A stretch of DNA of 64,000 bases from Deltaproteobacteria bacterium (lineage in GTDB: Bacteria; JAGRBM01; JAHCIT01). The notes beneath the pieces were generated by a model that worked only from the letters and a program-made list of their open reading frames with translations, had not been told where the DNA came from and made no database searches. Shown piece after piece: positions 29,199 to 38,874 of this stretch. The stretch lies in NCBI GenBank assembly GCA_026129095.1, contig JAHCIT010000003.1, forward strand, positions 186,001 to 250,000. The letters are read 5' to 3'. Both the position numbers and the translations under genes were made by a program. The first letter of the stretch is position 1. Every line of letters begins with the position of its first letter.

Positions 29199-29948
29199 TT
29201 ATCCGGCGGCGGAACTGGTCAGGTCAGACAGGCGTTTCATGTCGGAAATGCCGATCATGCGGCCCTGGCTTGTCACCAGTCCTTCATCCTTGAGCTCGGC
29301 GAGCATCCGGATCAGCGTCTCCACGCTGGTCCCGATCATTTCGGCCATCTCCTGCCGGGTCAGCGGCACATCCAGCCAGAGAATCCCCTCGGACTGGGCA
29401 TCGGTGATGCCAAACCGCATTCCGAGATGACGGAACAGCCTCAATGTCCGGTCACGGACATTCATCGTCGATATAGAGAGAACCGTATCTTCCATCTGCT
29501 GGGTATCGCCCAGCGTTTTGGACAGCAGCCGGCTCACCAGTTCGCGCCGGTCCGAGAACATGGACAGGAAGCTTTCCTTCGGAATGAAGCAGACGACGGC
29601 ATTTTCGAGGGCCTCGGCGGTTTCCGCATGTGCCCCTCCGCGGATGACCGCGCTGAATCCCAGCAGATCCCCCGGGCCGACGATCCGGATAATCTGCCGC
29701 TGCCCGCCCGGTCCCAGCCGGTAGCATTTCACCCGGCCTTCCTTGATGCAGAACACGCCGGTCGGGCGGTTGCCCTCATAGTAGAGAGACTGGGTGCGCC
29801 GGTAGACGTTATGAATCTTCCGTTCCGACAGCCGCTCCAGATCGGGACGCTGGAGATCCTGGAACGGACTCTGCCCCACGGTGCCGCACAGTGCACAGTC
29901 TAGTTTTTCGCTGAGTATCCGGTTCTTGCTGGTTCGGACTGCCGCCAT
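29199..29948 (-). CDS. Crp/Fnr family regulator
   Basis: N-terminal CALC, cNMP domain, VVCFIP, LTRQEMAEMIGTSVETLIRML HTH. Confidence 0.9.
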   Translation of the reverse strand: MAAVRTSKNRILSEKLDCALCGTVGQSPFQDLQRPDLERLSERKIHNVYRRTQSLYYEGNRPTGVFCIKEGRVKCYRLGPGGQRQIIRIVGPGDLLGFSAVIRGGAHAETAEALENAVVCFIPKESFLSMFSDRRELVSRLLSKTLGDTQQMEDTVLSISTMNVRDRTLRLFRHLGMRFGITDAQSEGILWLDVPLTRQEMAEMIGTSVETLIRMLAELKDEGLVTSQGRMIGISDMKRLSDLTSSAAG

Positions 29949-29996
29949 CGGTCTGCCTTGCTCGGCCAATAGTGACCGAAAATTAGCTGCGATGTA

Positions 29997-30010
29997 CTGA
30001 CGCAGGTCAT
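29997..30010. promoter_or_regulatory. Degenerate FNR/Crp-type box between fnr-like gene and cbb3 operon
   Basis: CTGAC-GCAG-GTCAT (TGA-N6-TCA); minus-strand CACTAT at 29974-29969 lies at class II spacing. Confidence 0.5.
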
Positions 30011-30091
30011 AAAACCCTGCCTGAACTTCTCCTAATGATGAGGCCACTGGCTGACTGCGCGAGGGCTGCGCGGAATGTGCTGGCCTCTATT

Positions 30092-30340
30092 ATGACGCTG
30101 CTCTGGAAAATACTGTCGGTGGCTCTCTTTCTGGGGCTCATTCTTGGCGGAGTGATCATCAAGCGCCAGTACGGTCACCCGGAGCTGGTTCCGGCATTCC
30201 ATATCCCGGCAGCCGTTGTACTGGTCTGGGTGGTTTCTCTCAACCGTAACGAGCGCAAGGAGGCCCGGTACCGGGCTGAACTGGAAGCCCTGAGGCTGAG
30301 AGGCCGTCCCGGGGCTGCTCTACAGCGTACGGCCGACTGA
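30092..30340 (+). CDS. Small two-TM membrane protein leading the cbb3 operon
   Basis: Two hydrophobic segments with His residues, basic tail. Confidence 0.55.
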   Translation: MTLLWKILSVALFLGLILGGVIIKRQYGHPELVPAFHIPAAVVLVWVVSLNRNERKEARYRAELEALRLRGRPGAALQRTAD

Positions 30341-30399
30341 CCCCGGACCGATGGCCGGGGATGCACCGATTGCAAGGGCGAAGGAAACGAGGACGCTAC

Positions 30400-31242
30400 G
30401 TGAGCACTGACAGCATGATCCCGCGAAAGTCGGCATTTCTGGTTGCGGGACTAATGGGCGCGCTGATCGCCCTCGCCGCAGGCGGCCGGTTTGCCGTTCA
30501 CGCCCAGGGCGGAGCCACCTCGGAGCGCATGTCGGCTCTGGAACAGGCCGAACTTCTCAAGCAGGGCCGGGAACTGTACGTGCAGAACTGTGCCGGCTGC
30601 CACGGCCTCAAGGGGGACGGGCATGGACCGGCTGCCCGCTGGCTGAACCCCAAGCCCCGGGACTTCCGCGACGGGGTCTACAAGTTCCGCTCCACACCCG
30701 CCGGAGCGTTGCCCACCGATGGCGACCTGATGCGGACACTGACCGCCGGTGTGATCGGAACGAGCATGCCTTCGTGGCACCTGGTCCCCGACCGGCACCG
30801 CTATGCGCTGGTCCAGTACATCAAGACCTTCTCGGCCTCGTTCGAAGACGTTTCGATGAGCGAGCCGCCAATCCACCTCTCCCCGCCGCCAGAAGACCTG
30901 ATGAGCCCGCAGCGGGTCTACGAGGGCCGGCTGGTCTATGAAAAAATGGCCTGTAACCAGTGTCACGGAGATACCGGCCTGGGCGACGGCCCTTCGGCCA
31001 ATGCGCTCGATGACCAGTGGGGCTTCAGGCTGAAACCGGCAAACTTCGTCCACGGCAAGCTCCGCGGCGGCGACACCCCGGTAGATATCTACCGGACCTT
31101 CACGACGGGCCTGAACGGCACGCCGATGCCGGCCTACCGCGACGACCTGACCGAGGACGAGCGGTGGTCGCTGGTCGCCTATATCCGGGCGCTCAGGGAC
31201 GGAGCCGACCCGCATCCCCCTGCCCCCGAAGCGGCAGAATGA
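30400..31242 (+). CDS. Di-heme cytochrome c (functional CcoP substitute?)
   Basis: CAGCH...TSMP and CNQCH...TPMP; N-terminal signal/anchor. Confidence 0.88.
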   Translation: MSTDSMIPRKSAFLVAGLMGALIALAAGGRFAVHAQGGATSERMSALEQAELLKQGRELYVQNCAGCHGLKGDGHGPAARWLNPKPRDFRDGVYKFRSTPAGALPTDGDLMRTLTAGVIGTSMPSWHLVPDRHRYALVQYIKTFSASFEDVSMSEPPIHLSPPPEDLMSPQRVYEGRLVYEKMACNQCHGDTGLGDGPSANALDDQWGFRLKPANFVHGKLRGGDTPVDIYRTFTTGLNGTPMPAYRDDLTEDERWSLVAYIRALRDGADPHPPAPEAAE

Positions 31243-31266
31243 TCCTGAAGTTCCTGCTCAAGGAGT

Positions 31267-32763
31267 ATGCCAGACATGAGTGAAACGACCGGTGCAAAAC
31301 CCGCCAACCGATACTATGCCAGCGAGGAAACGCTCGTTGACTACGCGATGGTCAAGGCGCATCTGGCGGTATCGGTCATCTTCCTTCTGGTGGCGATCCT
31401 GGCCGGGTTCCTCTACTCGCTCCAGTTCACCAACTCCTATCCCTTCAAGGGGATTTCCTGGCTCTCGCCCGGCCGGGTCCGGATGCTCCACACCAACGCC
31501 ATCGCGTACGCCTGGCTCGTGATGGCGTTCTTCGGCCTGCTTCACTATATGCTCCCGAAGCTGACAGGACAGCGGGTTCTGAGCCCGGTCATCAGCCGCT
31601 TTGTCCTGTGGGCATGGGTAGCGATCGTGGCCGGCACCGTCGTCGGCATCCTCGGCGGAACCGCCCAGGCACTGGAATGGGGCGAGACGCCCGCCTGGCT
31701 CGATCCGATCATCGTCGTGGTCTACCTCATCATGGCCGCGAACTTCATCGCCCCGGTCATCAAGTCCAGGCAGAAGCACCTGTATGTAAGTACGTGGTAT
31801 ATCGTCGCGGCCCTGGTCTGGACTGGCCTCAACTACGTCATGGGCAACTTCATGGTGGAGTACGTGGCGCCGGGAACCGGTGGTGCCGCGCTCACCAGCA
31901 TGTTCATCCACAATCTTGTCGGCCTGTTTGTGACGCCGATCGGCATCGCTTCCATGTACTATCTGCTACCGCTGGTCCTGAATAAGCCGATCTACTCGCA
32001 CTCCCTGTCGCTGATCGGCTTCTGGGGCCTTGCGTTCTTCTATCCGCTGAACTCGACACACCATTACATCTTCAGCCCGATTCCCATGTGGGCGCAGTAT
32101 GCCGGCATCGTCGCCTCCGTTGGCGTTCACGTGGTCGTCTATACCGTGGTCTACAACTTCTGGATGACCATGCGTGGTGAAAACGCCCAGCTCGGACGTA
32201 ATATTCCGTACGGATGGATCATGGCCGGGACGTTCTTCTATCTGGTCACCTGCATCCAGTGCGCGTTCCATGTGACCCTCACCTTCCAGGAGATCATCCA
32301 CTTCACCGACTGGGTGGTCGCCCACGCCCACATGGTGCTGTTCGGAACCTTCACGTTCTGGTCGATCGCCTGGGTTTACTACCTGATCCCGAAGGTCTGG
32401 CACCGGCGGCTTTACAGCCGCACGCTGGCCCAGTGGCATTTCTGGCTTAGCTTTCTTGGTCTGCTCCTCATGTTCGTCTCGCTGACGGCGGCAGGACTCG
32501 TCCAGGGATACATGTGGAAGAGCATGGCGCCGTTCATCGATAGCGTGCGCGCATCGGTCCCGTTCTGGCTCACACGCACCCTGACGGGCACGGCCATCGT
32601 CATCGCCCAGCTTCTCTTCCTCTACAACCTGTACCGTACCTTCAAGGGGCCGGAAGTCCTCACCGACGAGGTGCATATCCCGCTCGATTGCAGTGAACCA
32701 GCCAACTGGCAGCCGGTCATCACCGGACCGGCCGCGGCCGCACGGCCGGTCCCGGCGGTCTGA
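31267..32763 (+). CDS. ccoN: cbb3-type (family C) heme-copper oxidase subunit I
   Basis: GRVRMLHTN, EWGE, HNLVGL, PIYSHSLS, FYPLNSTHH (helix VII Tyr), TDWVVAHAH. Confidence 0.9.
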   Translation: MPDMSETTGAKPANRYYASEETLVDYAMVKAHLAVSVIFLLVAILAGFLYSLQFTNSYPFKGISWLSPGRVRMLHTNAIAYAWLVMAFFGLLHYMLPKLTGQRVLSPVISRFVLWAWVAIVAGTVVGILGGTAQALEWGETPAWLDPIIVVVYLIMAANFIAPVIKSRQKHLYVSTWYIVAALVWTGLNYVMGNFMVEYVAPGTGGAALTSMFIHNLVGLFVTPIGIASMYYLLPLVLNKPIYSHSLSLIGFWGLAFFYPLNSTHHYIFSPIPMWAQYAGIVASVGVHVVVYTVVYNFWMTMRGENAQLGRNIPYGWIMAGTFFYLVTCIQCAFHVTLTFQEIIHFTDWVVAHAHMVLFGTFTFWSIAWVYYLIPKVWHRRLYSRTLAQWHFWLSFLGLLLMFVSLTAAGLVQGYMWKSMAPFIDSVRASVPFWLTRTLTGTAIVIAQLLFLYNLYRTFKGPEVLTDEVHIPLDCSEPANWQPVITGPAAAARPVPAV

Positions 32764-32791
32764 GAGGCGAAGGAATTACCAAGGAGTCTCC

Positions 32792-33550
32792 ATGGAAAGA
32801 TTCAACTTCATATTCCTGGTGGGCGGCATCAGCATGTTCGCGTTCGGCTTCCTGACGACGGGGCTTGCGCCCTGGCTGATGGTTTCCCGCAGCACGCCGA
32901 GCACCGTTGGCGAATTCACTTCGGTGCCTTACGAGTTCGAGGATTACTTCAAGGATCCCGCCGAATACGAAAAGGCCGTCTACCGCGGGCGGGATATCTA
33001 TGTCCGCGAGGCATGCTGGCACTGCCACAGCCAGTACATCCGGCCGGTCGCCAATGAGGCACTGTTCTATGGTGCGGTGTCCACGGCGGGGGAATACGAG
33101 AACAAACTGCAGCTGCCCCAGCTCTTCGGAACCCGCCGCGTGGGGCCTGACCTTATACGGATCAGCGGCAAATACAGCAACGACTGGCACTTCGCCCACT
33201 TCTTCCGGCCGAGGGATGTGGTCCCGGACAGCGTGATGCCGGAATACCGCTGGTTCTTCGAGAAGACTGATCGGTTCTGGGTATTCCGTGCGGATGGGAG
33301 CTCCATGTGCCGGACCGCCGAGTGCACCTACTCGGCCGATGAAGCAAAGGACGCGATAGAATTCTTCCAGTCCGATGACGCCCAGCGTGCCCAGGACGAA
33401 GGCCGGGCTGATCCGAAGCACCAGTACCGGACCGAGCCCGCCTGGAAACCCAACAATGACGGAATCGCCATCGTTGCCTATATCCAGTGGCTGGGTTCCT
33501 GGCTTCCGAACGGCGGGCGTCCGGATCCGCTGGCGACGACGGTCCGCTAG
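32792..33550 (+). CDS. ccoO: cbb3-type oxidase subunit II
   Basis: GRDIYVREACWHCHSQYIRP, GTRRVGPDL, SNDWH..H, SVMP. Confidence 0.92.
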   Translation: MERFNFIFLVGGISMFAFGFLTTGLAPWLMVSRSTPSTVGEFTSVPYEFEDYFKDPAEYEKAVYRGRDIYVREACWHCHSQYIRPVANEALFYGAVSTAGEYENKLQLPQLFGTRRVGPDLIRISGKYSNDWHFAHFFRPRDVVPDSVMPEYRWFFEKTDRFWVFRADGSSMCRTAECTYSADEAKDAIEFFQSDDAQRAQDEGRADPKHQYRTEPAWKPNNDGIAIVAYIQWLGSWLPNGGRPDPLATTVR

Positions 33551-33577
33551 AACCGGCGCCAAGGGAGCAGACCGACG

Positions 33578-33847
33578 ATGAACGACTCCACGCAAAAAGC
33601 AGCTTCCGGCACCGGCTTCCGTGTCGTGCTGGCGCTGCTGCAACTGAGCGTCGCCGCGATCATCCTGGTGGTGGGATACCTCGTTTTTGCGCCGAACCTC
33701 GCCTCCTACATGGTCGCTGCCGGACTTGTTTATGTTTTCGCCACGGGAGTATGGCTCGCCGTCGTTTCATGGGCCTACTTCAAAGGCCAGTTCGAGGCCG
33801 TGGAAAACTCCAAGATGGTGCTCTTTGACCGGGAGGAACTCGAATGA
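33578..33847 (+). CDS. CcoS-like small membrane protein 1
   Basis: Two TM segments then WAYFKGQFEAVE (CcoS W...GQF motif). Confidence 0.6.
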   Translation: MNDSTQKAASGTGFRVVLALLQLSVAAIILVVGYLVFAPNLASYMVAAGLVYVFATGVWLAVVSWAYFKGQFEAVENSKMVLFDREELE

Positions 33848-34059
33848 TTCCCCTTTCCAATACGCTCCGGGAACTGGCCGTCACGGGCTGCTTTTTCTGC
33901 GGTGTCGATTCGACTCCCATCCTCATATTTTTCCTGACGCTGGTGGGCTCCGGGCTCGCCGGCGCGGCCCTGCTGCTGCTGTGGTCGGTCAGCAATGGGG
34001 ATTTCCGCCATTCCGAGGCTCCCAAATACGATCTGTTCATCCAGGAAAGGAAGCAGTAG
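33844..34059 (+). CDS. ccoS: CcoS-like small membrane protein 2
   Basis: TM then WSVSNGDF..SE.PKY; N-terminal CFFC; ATGA overlap. Confidence 0.6.
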   Translation: MIPLSNTLRELAVTGCFFCGVDSTPILIFFLTLVGSGLAGAALLLLWSVSNGDFRHSEAPKYDLFIQERKQ

Positions 34060-34061
34060 CC

Positions 34062-34268
34062 ATGGGCGACAACGCACCACTGCCCGACGATGCACGCGAA
34101 CCGGGGCCGGCCGATCCCGGCGAGGGCCAGATCAGCTACGAATACTCCCGCAAGGGCCGGATGCCGCTCGTCCTGGTGTTCGCCTGGGCGGTCTTCTTTT
34201 CCTTCATGCTGTACTACCTCGGCACCTGGATGGTCCCGACCCTGATCGAGGAGATGGGCGTCAGGTAA
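34062..34268 (+). CDS. Small membrane protein resembling CcoP N-terminal helix
   Basis: YEYSRKGRMPLVLVFAWAVFFSFMLYYL resembles FixP_N pattern EY...P.W......F...Y. Confidence 0.5.
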   Translation: MGDNAPLPDDAREPGPADPGEGQISYEYSRKGRMPLVLVFAWAVFFSFMLYYLGTWMVPTLIEEMGVR

Positions 34269-34333
34269 GTAACGTAAATAACGATTGAACTCCCGGCGAT
34301 GGCAGCCCATCCTTGGCCATACACGGCTGCCAG

Positions 34334-36676
34334 ATGCTTCAGCGACTTCCATTCCTGAAATCCCCCGCCTGGATCATCGCGGGATTCGTAACGCTGGTAT
34401 TCATTCCGGCCCTGTTCGCCGGACAGACGCTCTGGCACTGGGACGTCACGCTCAACTTCTTCCCGAACCAGATTCACCACATCCGCCGCCTGCAGCAGGG
34501 GGACTTCCCGCTTTGGACATCCGGCATCTTCGGCGGCTTTCCGTTTGCCGCCGACCCGGTCCAGTCGGTTTTCCATCCCCTGAAGCTCCTGTTTTTTCTC
34601 CCGGCAAACCCGGCCTGGCTCGTCAACGCTTTTGTCGCCCTGCTGTTCGTGCTGTTCGGCACAGGAATGTTCGCCCTCGGCCGGAGCTTGAAGTTCTCGC
34701 CCCCCGCCGCCGTTTTTGCCGGACTGGTGGCCGCGGGTTCCGGGGCGCTGGCCAGCCACACGAGCCTCCAGAACTACCTGCTCGCTATCGCCTCCGTGCC
34801 TTGGGCACTGGCGGCGTTCATCCGTTCCTCTGAAGCAGCGGTACCGGCAGGCAAAGCACGCTGGCTCGCCCTGTCGGCTGTGCTGCACAGCCTTTCCCTC
34901 CTTGCGGGAGAGCCTCAGACCTTCGTCCTCTCCACGGTGCTGATGATCCTGCTGGCAGTTTTTTCGGCCGGGACGGCTGACGATCTGCCCGCTGCACGCC
35001 TCCGGACCGCGCTGGCCTCCGGCGCCGTTGCCTTCGCTGCATTCACCCTGGCCGCGATCCAGTGGATGCCTACCCTCCATTTGCTGAAAGAGGTTGTCCG
35101 TAACGACGGTATTTCATGGGAGCGGGCCCACCAGTGCAGTTCCCACCCTGCACGCTTTGTCGAAATGCTATTTCCCCTTTTTTTTGGATCGGCCACGAAT
35201 CTGGGAACCCTGTGGCCGCAGTCCCTTTTCTGCGATCCGGTGGCGAACCGCTCGTTCTATATCTGGAGCTACTTCCTCGGTTTCATTCCCCTCTTTTTCG
35301 CCGCCCTTTCCCTGAAAGGGATCCGGCGCCGCCGCTCCGCCTGGCCGTTTCTCCTGCTGACGTTGCTCGGCATCATGTTCGCCCTTGGCCCCCTCATCGG
35401 CCTGTTCGGCCTGTTCTGGAAATATGTGCCGCTCTGGAACCAGTTCCGTCTTCCTGAAAGATTCATTCCATGGGCCATCGTGGGCATCTCCATGCTGGCC
35501 GGGTACGGCTTTGATGACGCTCTCGGCCATGACCGGCGATCTCGCACGGGGCTGGTCCTGATGCTGTCGGCCATTGCTCTAGTGGCGCTTTCCTGGTTTA
35601 CGCCATTGTGGGAACAGTTCGGCAGCCTGTTCAGACCAGTCGATGCGGACGTGATGGGCTCGGTCATCTCGGGTTCACTTGCCGAGGGGCGGCTTTACCT
35701 GCTGGTGGCTGCCGCCGCCGGGGCCCTTATGTGGAAGCTCAGGCGCACGGGGTATTATCTCCCGTGGCTGGTGACTACCGCCGCGGCGCTACCGCTCAGC
35801 ATCAATTCGCTGGATGTCATGCGGTTTATCCCCGGCGAGGAAACCGTTTATTCCGAACCGGCGGCTGTGGCCGCCCTTCGGGCCGGAGAAAACCGTACAG
35901 ACCCGCTCCGCATCTGGCCGCTGCCGGTGTTCCACGGGTTCCGGTTCCCGCCCGGATCGCCGGACTACTGGCGGCATACGATCCACTGGCATCTGCTCGA
36001 CATGGACACCGTGCTCGTGACGGATTTCAGTTCCATCCGGGGATATAACGCATTCATTCCGGAGCGGCATGCGCGTGCGACCCGGGATTTGCCGAATGCA
36101 AACCACATCAGGCTCTTTGCCGTTGACGCCATCATCGCGGCGCCGGGCAGTCAGCCGGATACTGATGACATGGGAAACGGACCGCTCTTTCTGGGCAGTT
36201 TCCGGGCGATAACGGTGAGCGATCCCGTGCCGCGGGTGATCTGCCCCCGCAACTGGCGAAGTGCCGATACCGCCGGCATCGACCGGATGGTTCGCTCACC
36301 GGATTTCGACCCCCGTGAGACGTTGTTCGTTGAAGCAGATGATTTTCCGTCTGGTAGCCGGCCGGCGGCAAAAATCCGTCAGTGCGAAATCCGTTCGTAT
36401 GACCATGACCGTGTGCATATTATGGTAGATCAGGAGGCCGGTGGTCCGGTCGTCCTGATGGACGCCTGGTTTCGCGGGTGGACCGCTTCGGTAAACGGGA
36501 CTCCCGCGGATATCTTCCCGGCGTGGGGAGTTCACCGGGCGGTCATGCTGCCAACGGGCCGGTCTGTCGTTGAATTCCGTTACTGGCCGCCGGGACTGAC
36601 GCCCGGTCTGTGGACGAGCGGATTGATGCTTTTGATGCTGCTCGGCTATGCGGTTTGGCGGCCCGGTCGGCTATAG
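34334..36676 (+). CDS. YfhO-like membrane protein (GT-C type glycosyltransferase)
   Basis: PLWT...GGFPFAAD...FHP, GEPQ, FRLPERF, WFRGWTA.VNG, many TM segments. Confidence 0.8.
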   Translation: MLQRLPFLKSPAWIIAGFVTLVFIPALFAGQTLWHWDVTLNFFPNQIHHIRRLQQGDFPLWTSGIFGGFPFAADPVQSVFHPLKLLFFLPANPAWLVNAFVALLFVLFGTGMFALGRSLKFSPPAAVFAGLVAAGSGALASHTSLQNYLLAIASVPWALAAFIRSSEAAVPAGKARWLALSAVLHSLSLLAGEPQTFVLSTVLMILLAVFSAGTADDLPAARLRTALASGAVAFAAFTLAAIQWMPTLHLLKEVVRNDGISWERAHQCSSHPARFVEMLFPLFFGSATNLGTLWPQSLFCDPVANRSFYIWSYFLGFIPLFFAALSLKGIRRRRSAWPFLLLTLLGIMFALGPLIGLFGLFWKYVPLWNQFRLPERFIPWAIVGISMLAGYGFDDALGHDRRSRTGLVLMLSAIALVALSWFTPLWEQFGSLFRPVDADVMGSVISGSLAEGRLYLLVAAAAGALMWKLRRTGYYLPWLVTTAAALPLSINSLDVMRFIPGEETVYSEPAAVAALRAGENRTDPLRIWPLPVFHGFRFPPGSPDYWRHTIHWHLLDMDTVLVTDFSSIRGYNAFIPERHARATRDLPNANHIRLFAVDAIIAAPGSQPDTDDMGNGPLFLGSFRAITVSDPVPRVICPRNWRSADTAGIDRMVRSPDFDPRETLFVEADDFPSGSRPAAKIRQCEIRSYDHDRVHIMVDQEAGGPVVLMDAWFRGWTASVNGTPADIFPAWGVHRAVMLPTGRSVVEFRYWPPGLTPGLWTSGLMLLMLLGYAVWRPGRL

Positions 36677-36704
36677 TGAAACAGCATCAAGGAGGATCCC
36701 TTTC

Positions 36705-38819
36705 GTGCTCGACCTTCGGACCCGGCTCACCCGGCTTTCCTATAATCTGCTGTGGAGCTGGAACGAGGACATCGACGAGGTATTCCGGGCCATTGACCTG
36801 CACCTGTGGCGGCGCAGCAACCACAATCCGGTTGCATTCCTGCTCGATGTGGATCCGGCCGTACTGGCTTCCTTCGAAAACGACGCACACATCCTTGCCC
36901 ACGTCGCCCACGCCGAACGGCTGCTGACCCAGTATCTGGAGACGGAAAACCACTGGACCTCGTGGAATGCCCCCGGACTGTATTCGGCGCCGGTCGCCTA
37001 TTTCAGCCCCGAGTTCTGCATTCACGAATCGATACCGATCTATTCGGGCGGCCTGGGAGTCCTTGCTGGCGATCACCTGAAAAGCTGTTCGGACCTTGGT
37101 GTCCCGGTTTACGGTGTCAGCCTGCTCTACCGGGAAGGCTACTTTACGCAGCATCTGGACGGTGCCGGAAACCAGACCGAGGTATACCACGACCTCGACG
37201 TGAACCGCGTGGCCATTCGCAAGCTGGAACACAACGGCCAGCCGCTTTCGGTCGAGATCCCGATGAACAGCAGCGTTCTCAACGCCGACCTGTGGATGGC
37301 CGATGTGGGCCGGGCGAAACTCGTCTTGCTGGACGTTCGCGGCTTCCAGGGTGGCGGTGGTTCGCCGCCGCTGGCAATGCGTCTCTATGGCGGCGACCGC
37401 GGAAACCGGATCGCGCAGGAAGTGGTGCTCGGCATCGGCGGCTACCGGGCCCTGCGGAAGCTGGGCATCCGGCCGGGTGTCATTCATCTGAACGAAGGCC
37501 ACTCTGCCTTTGCCATTCTCGAAGCCATCACCGAGCGCATGGAGGAAACCGGCCAGCGCTTTGAGCAGGCGGCCTCCGAAATCACCGAAAAGGTTGCGTT
37601 CACCACGCACACACCGGTCGAGGCTGGCCACGACCGGTTTTCCCCCGATATGGTGTTGCACTATCTGGCGGGCCTTCAGCAGCGGCTCGGTATCAGCGAC
37701 CGGGAACTGTTGGGACTTGGCCGCACCGATCCGTTTAACAACCACGAAGAGTTCTGCATGACCGTGCTGGCACTCAAGCTGTCGGGCCGGGCAAATGCCG
37801 TCAGCTCCCTCCACGGACAGGTGTCCCGCCGCATGTGGCGTGTTTTGTGGCCGGAACGGCGCACCCCCGACGTGCCCATCGGCCATATTACCAACGGCGT
37901 CCATATCTCCACCTGGCTCGCCAAGGAGATGGACCGGATATTCCGGGACTATCTGGGGACGGACTGGCAACAGCACCAGTGCGATGCCCGCCGGTGGCGG
38001 CTCATGGACAATATCGACGACGTGGAGCTGTGGCAGACCAAGGTGGCGCTGAAACGGCGGCTGTTCGACTTCGTGGAGCGGCGGGCCCGTCGCCGGTACG
38101 AGCGCATGGGAGTTCCCGGATCGCTCCGGAAGCTGAACCCGGAAGCCCTTACCATCGGTTTTGCCCGCCGCTTCGCCCTGTACAAGCGGGCGATGCTGAT
38201 GTTCAGCGACATGGCCCGGGTCCGCAGGCTGCTGCTCGATCCTGCCCGTCCGGTGCAGATCATCTTCGCCGGAAAGGCCCATCCCCAGGACATGCCCGCC
38301 AAGCAGATTATCCATCAGCTTGTCGAGCTGAGCCGCGACCCTGAGCTGAGAGACCACATCCTGCTGGTTGAGGATTACGACATGAACGTCTCCCGGCACC
38401 TGCTGGAAGGCTGTGATCTCTGGATGAACGCTCCGAGGCGGCCCCTGGAAGCCTGTGGAACGAGCGGCCAGAAGGCGGTATTCAACGCGACGCTCAACTG
38501 CTCGACACTGGATGGCTGGTGGGCGGAGGCGTACGACACGCGGAACGGTTTTGCATTCGGTGAGGGGCTCACCCACACGAGCCCGGACGTTCAGGACCGC
38601 CGGGACGCCGCGGACATGCTGAACGTGCTGGAAAGCCGCATCGTCCCCCTGTTCTATGAGCGCGACGCCCAGAATATCCCCGTGAAATGGCTCGCCATGA
38701 TCAAGGAGGCGATGAAAACCCTCGCCTGGCGGTACAATGCCGACCGGATGGTGATCGACTACGTCAACGAAATGTACCTGCCGGCATCCAAGACCCTGAC
38801 GCGGGAGTTCAAGAAATAG
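36705..38819 (+). CDS. glgP: Alpha-glucan phosphorylase
   Basis: YSGGLGVLAGDHLKS, HLNEGH, ITNGVH, FARRFALYKR, GKAHP, EACGTSGQK; AGGAGG RBS. Confidence 0.95.
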   Translation: MLDLRTRLTRLSYNLLWSWNEDIDEVFRAIDLHLWRRSNHNPVAFLLDVDPAVLASFENDAHILAHVAHAERLLTQYLETENHWTSWNAPGLYSAPVAYFSPEFCIHESIPIYSGGLGVLAGDHLKSCSDLGVPVYGVSLLYREGYFTQHLDGAGNQTEVYHDLDVNRVAIRKLEHNGQPLSVEIPMNSSVLNADLWMADVGRAKLVLLDVRGFQGGGGSPPLAMRLYGGDRGNRIAQEVVLGIGGYRALRKLGIRPGVIHLNEGHSAFAILEAITERMEETGQRFEQAASEITEKVAFTTHTPVEAGHDRFSPDMVLHYLAGLQQRLGISDRELLGLGRTDPFNNHEEFCMTVLALKLSGRANAVSSLHGQVSRRMWRVLWPERRTPDVPIGHITNGVHISTWLAKEMDRIFRDYLGTDWQQHQCDARRWRLMDNIDDVELWQTKVALKRRLFDFVERRARRRYERMGVPGSLRKLNPEALTIGFARRFALYKRAMLMFSDMARVRRLLLDPARPVQIIFAGKAHPQDMPAKQIIHQLVELSRDPELRDHILLVEDYDMNVSRHLLEGCDLWMNAPRRPLEACGTSGQKAVFNATLNCSTLDGWWAEAYDTRNGFAFGEGLTHTSPDVQDRRDAADMLNVLESRIVPLFYERDAQNIPVKWLAMIKEAMKTLAWRYNADRMVIDYVNEMYLPASKTLTREFKK

Positions 38820-38874
38820 TTTCCCGGTCTGGAGCATACCGGCCGGAGCCGCCACTGGAGCCGGCTTGCCCCGC

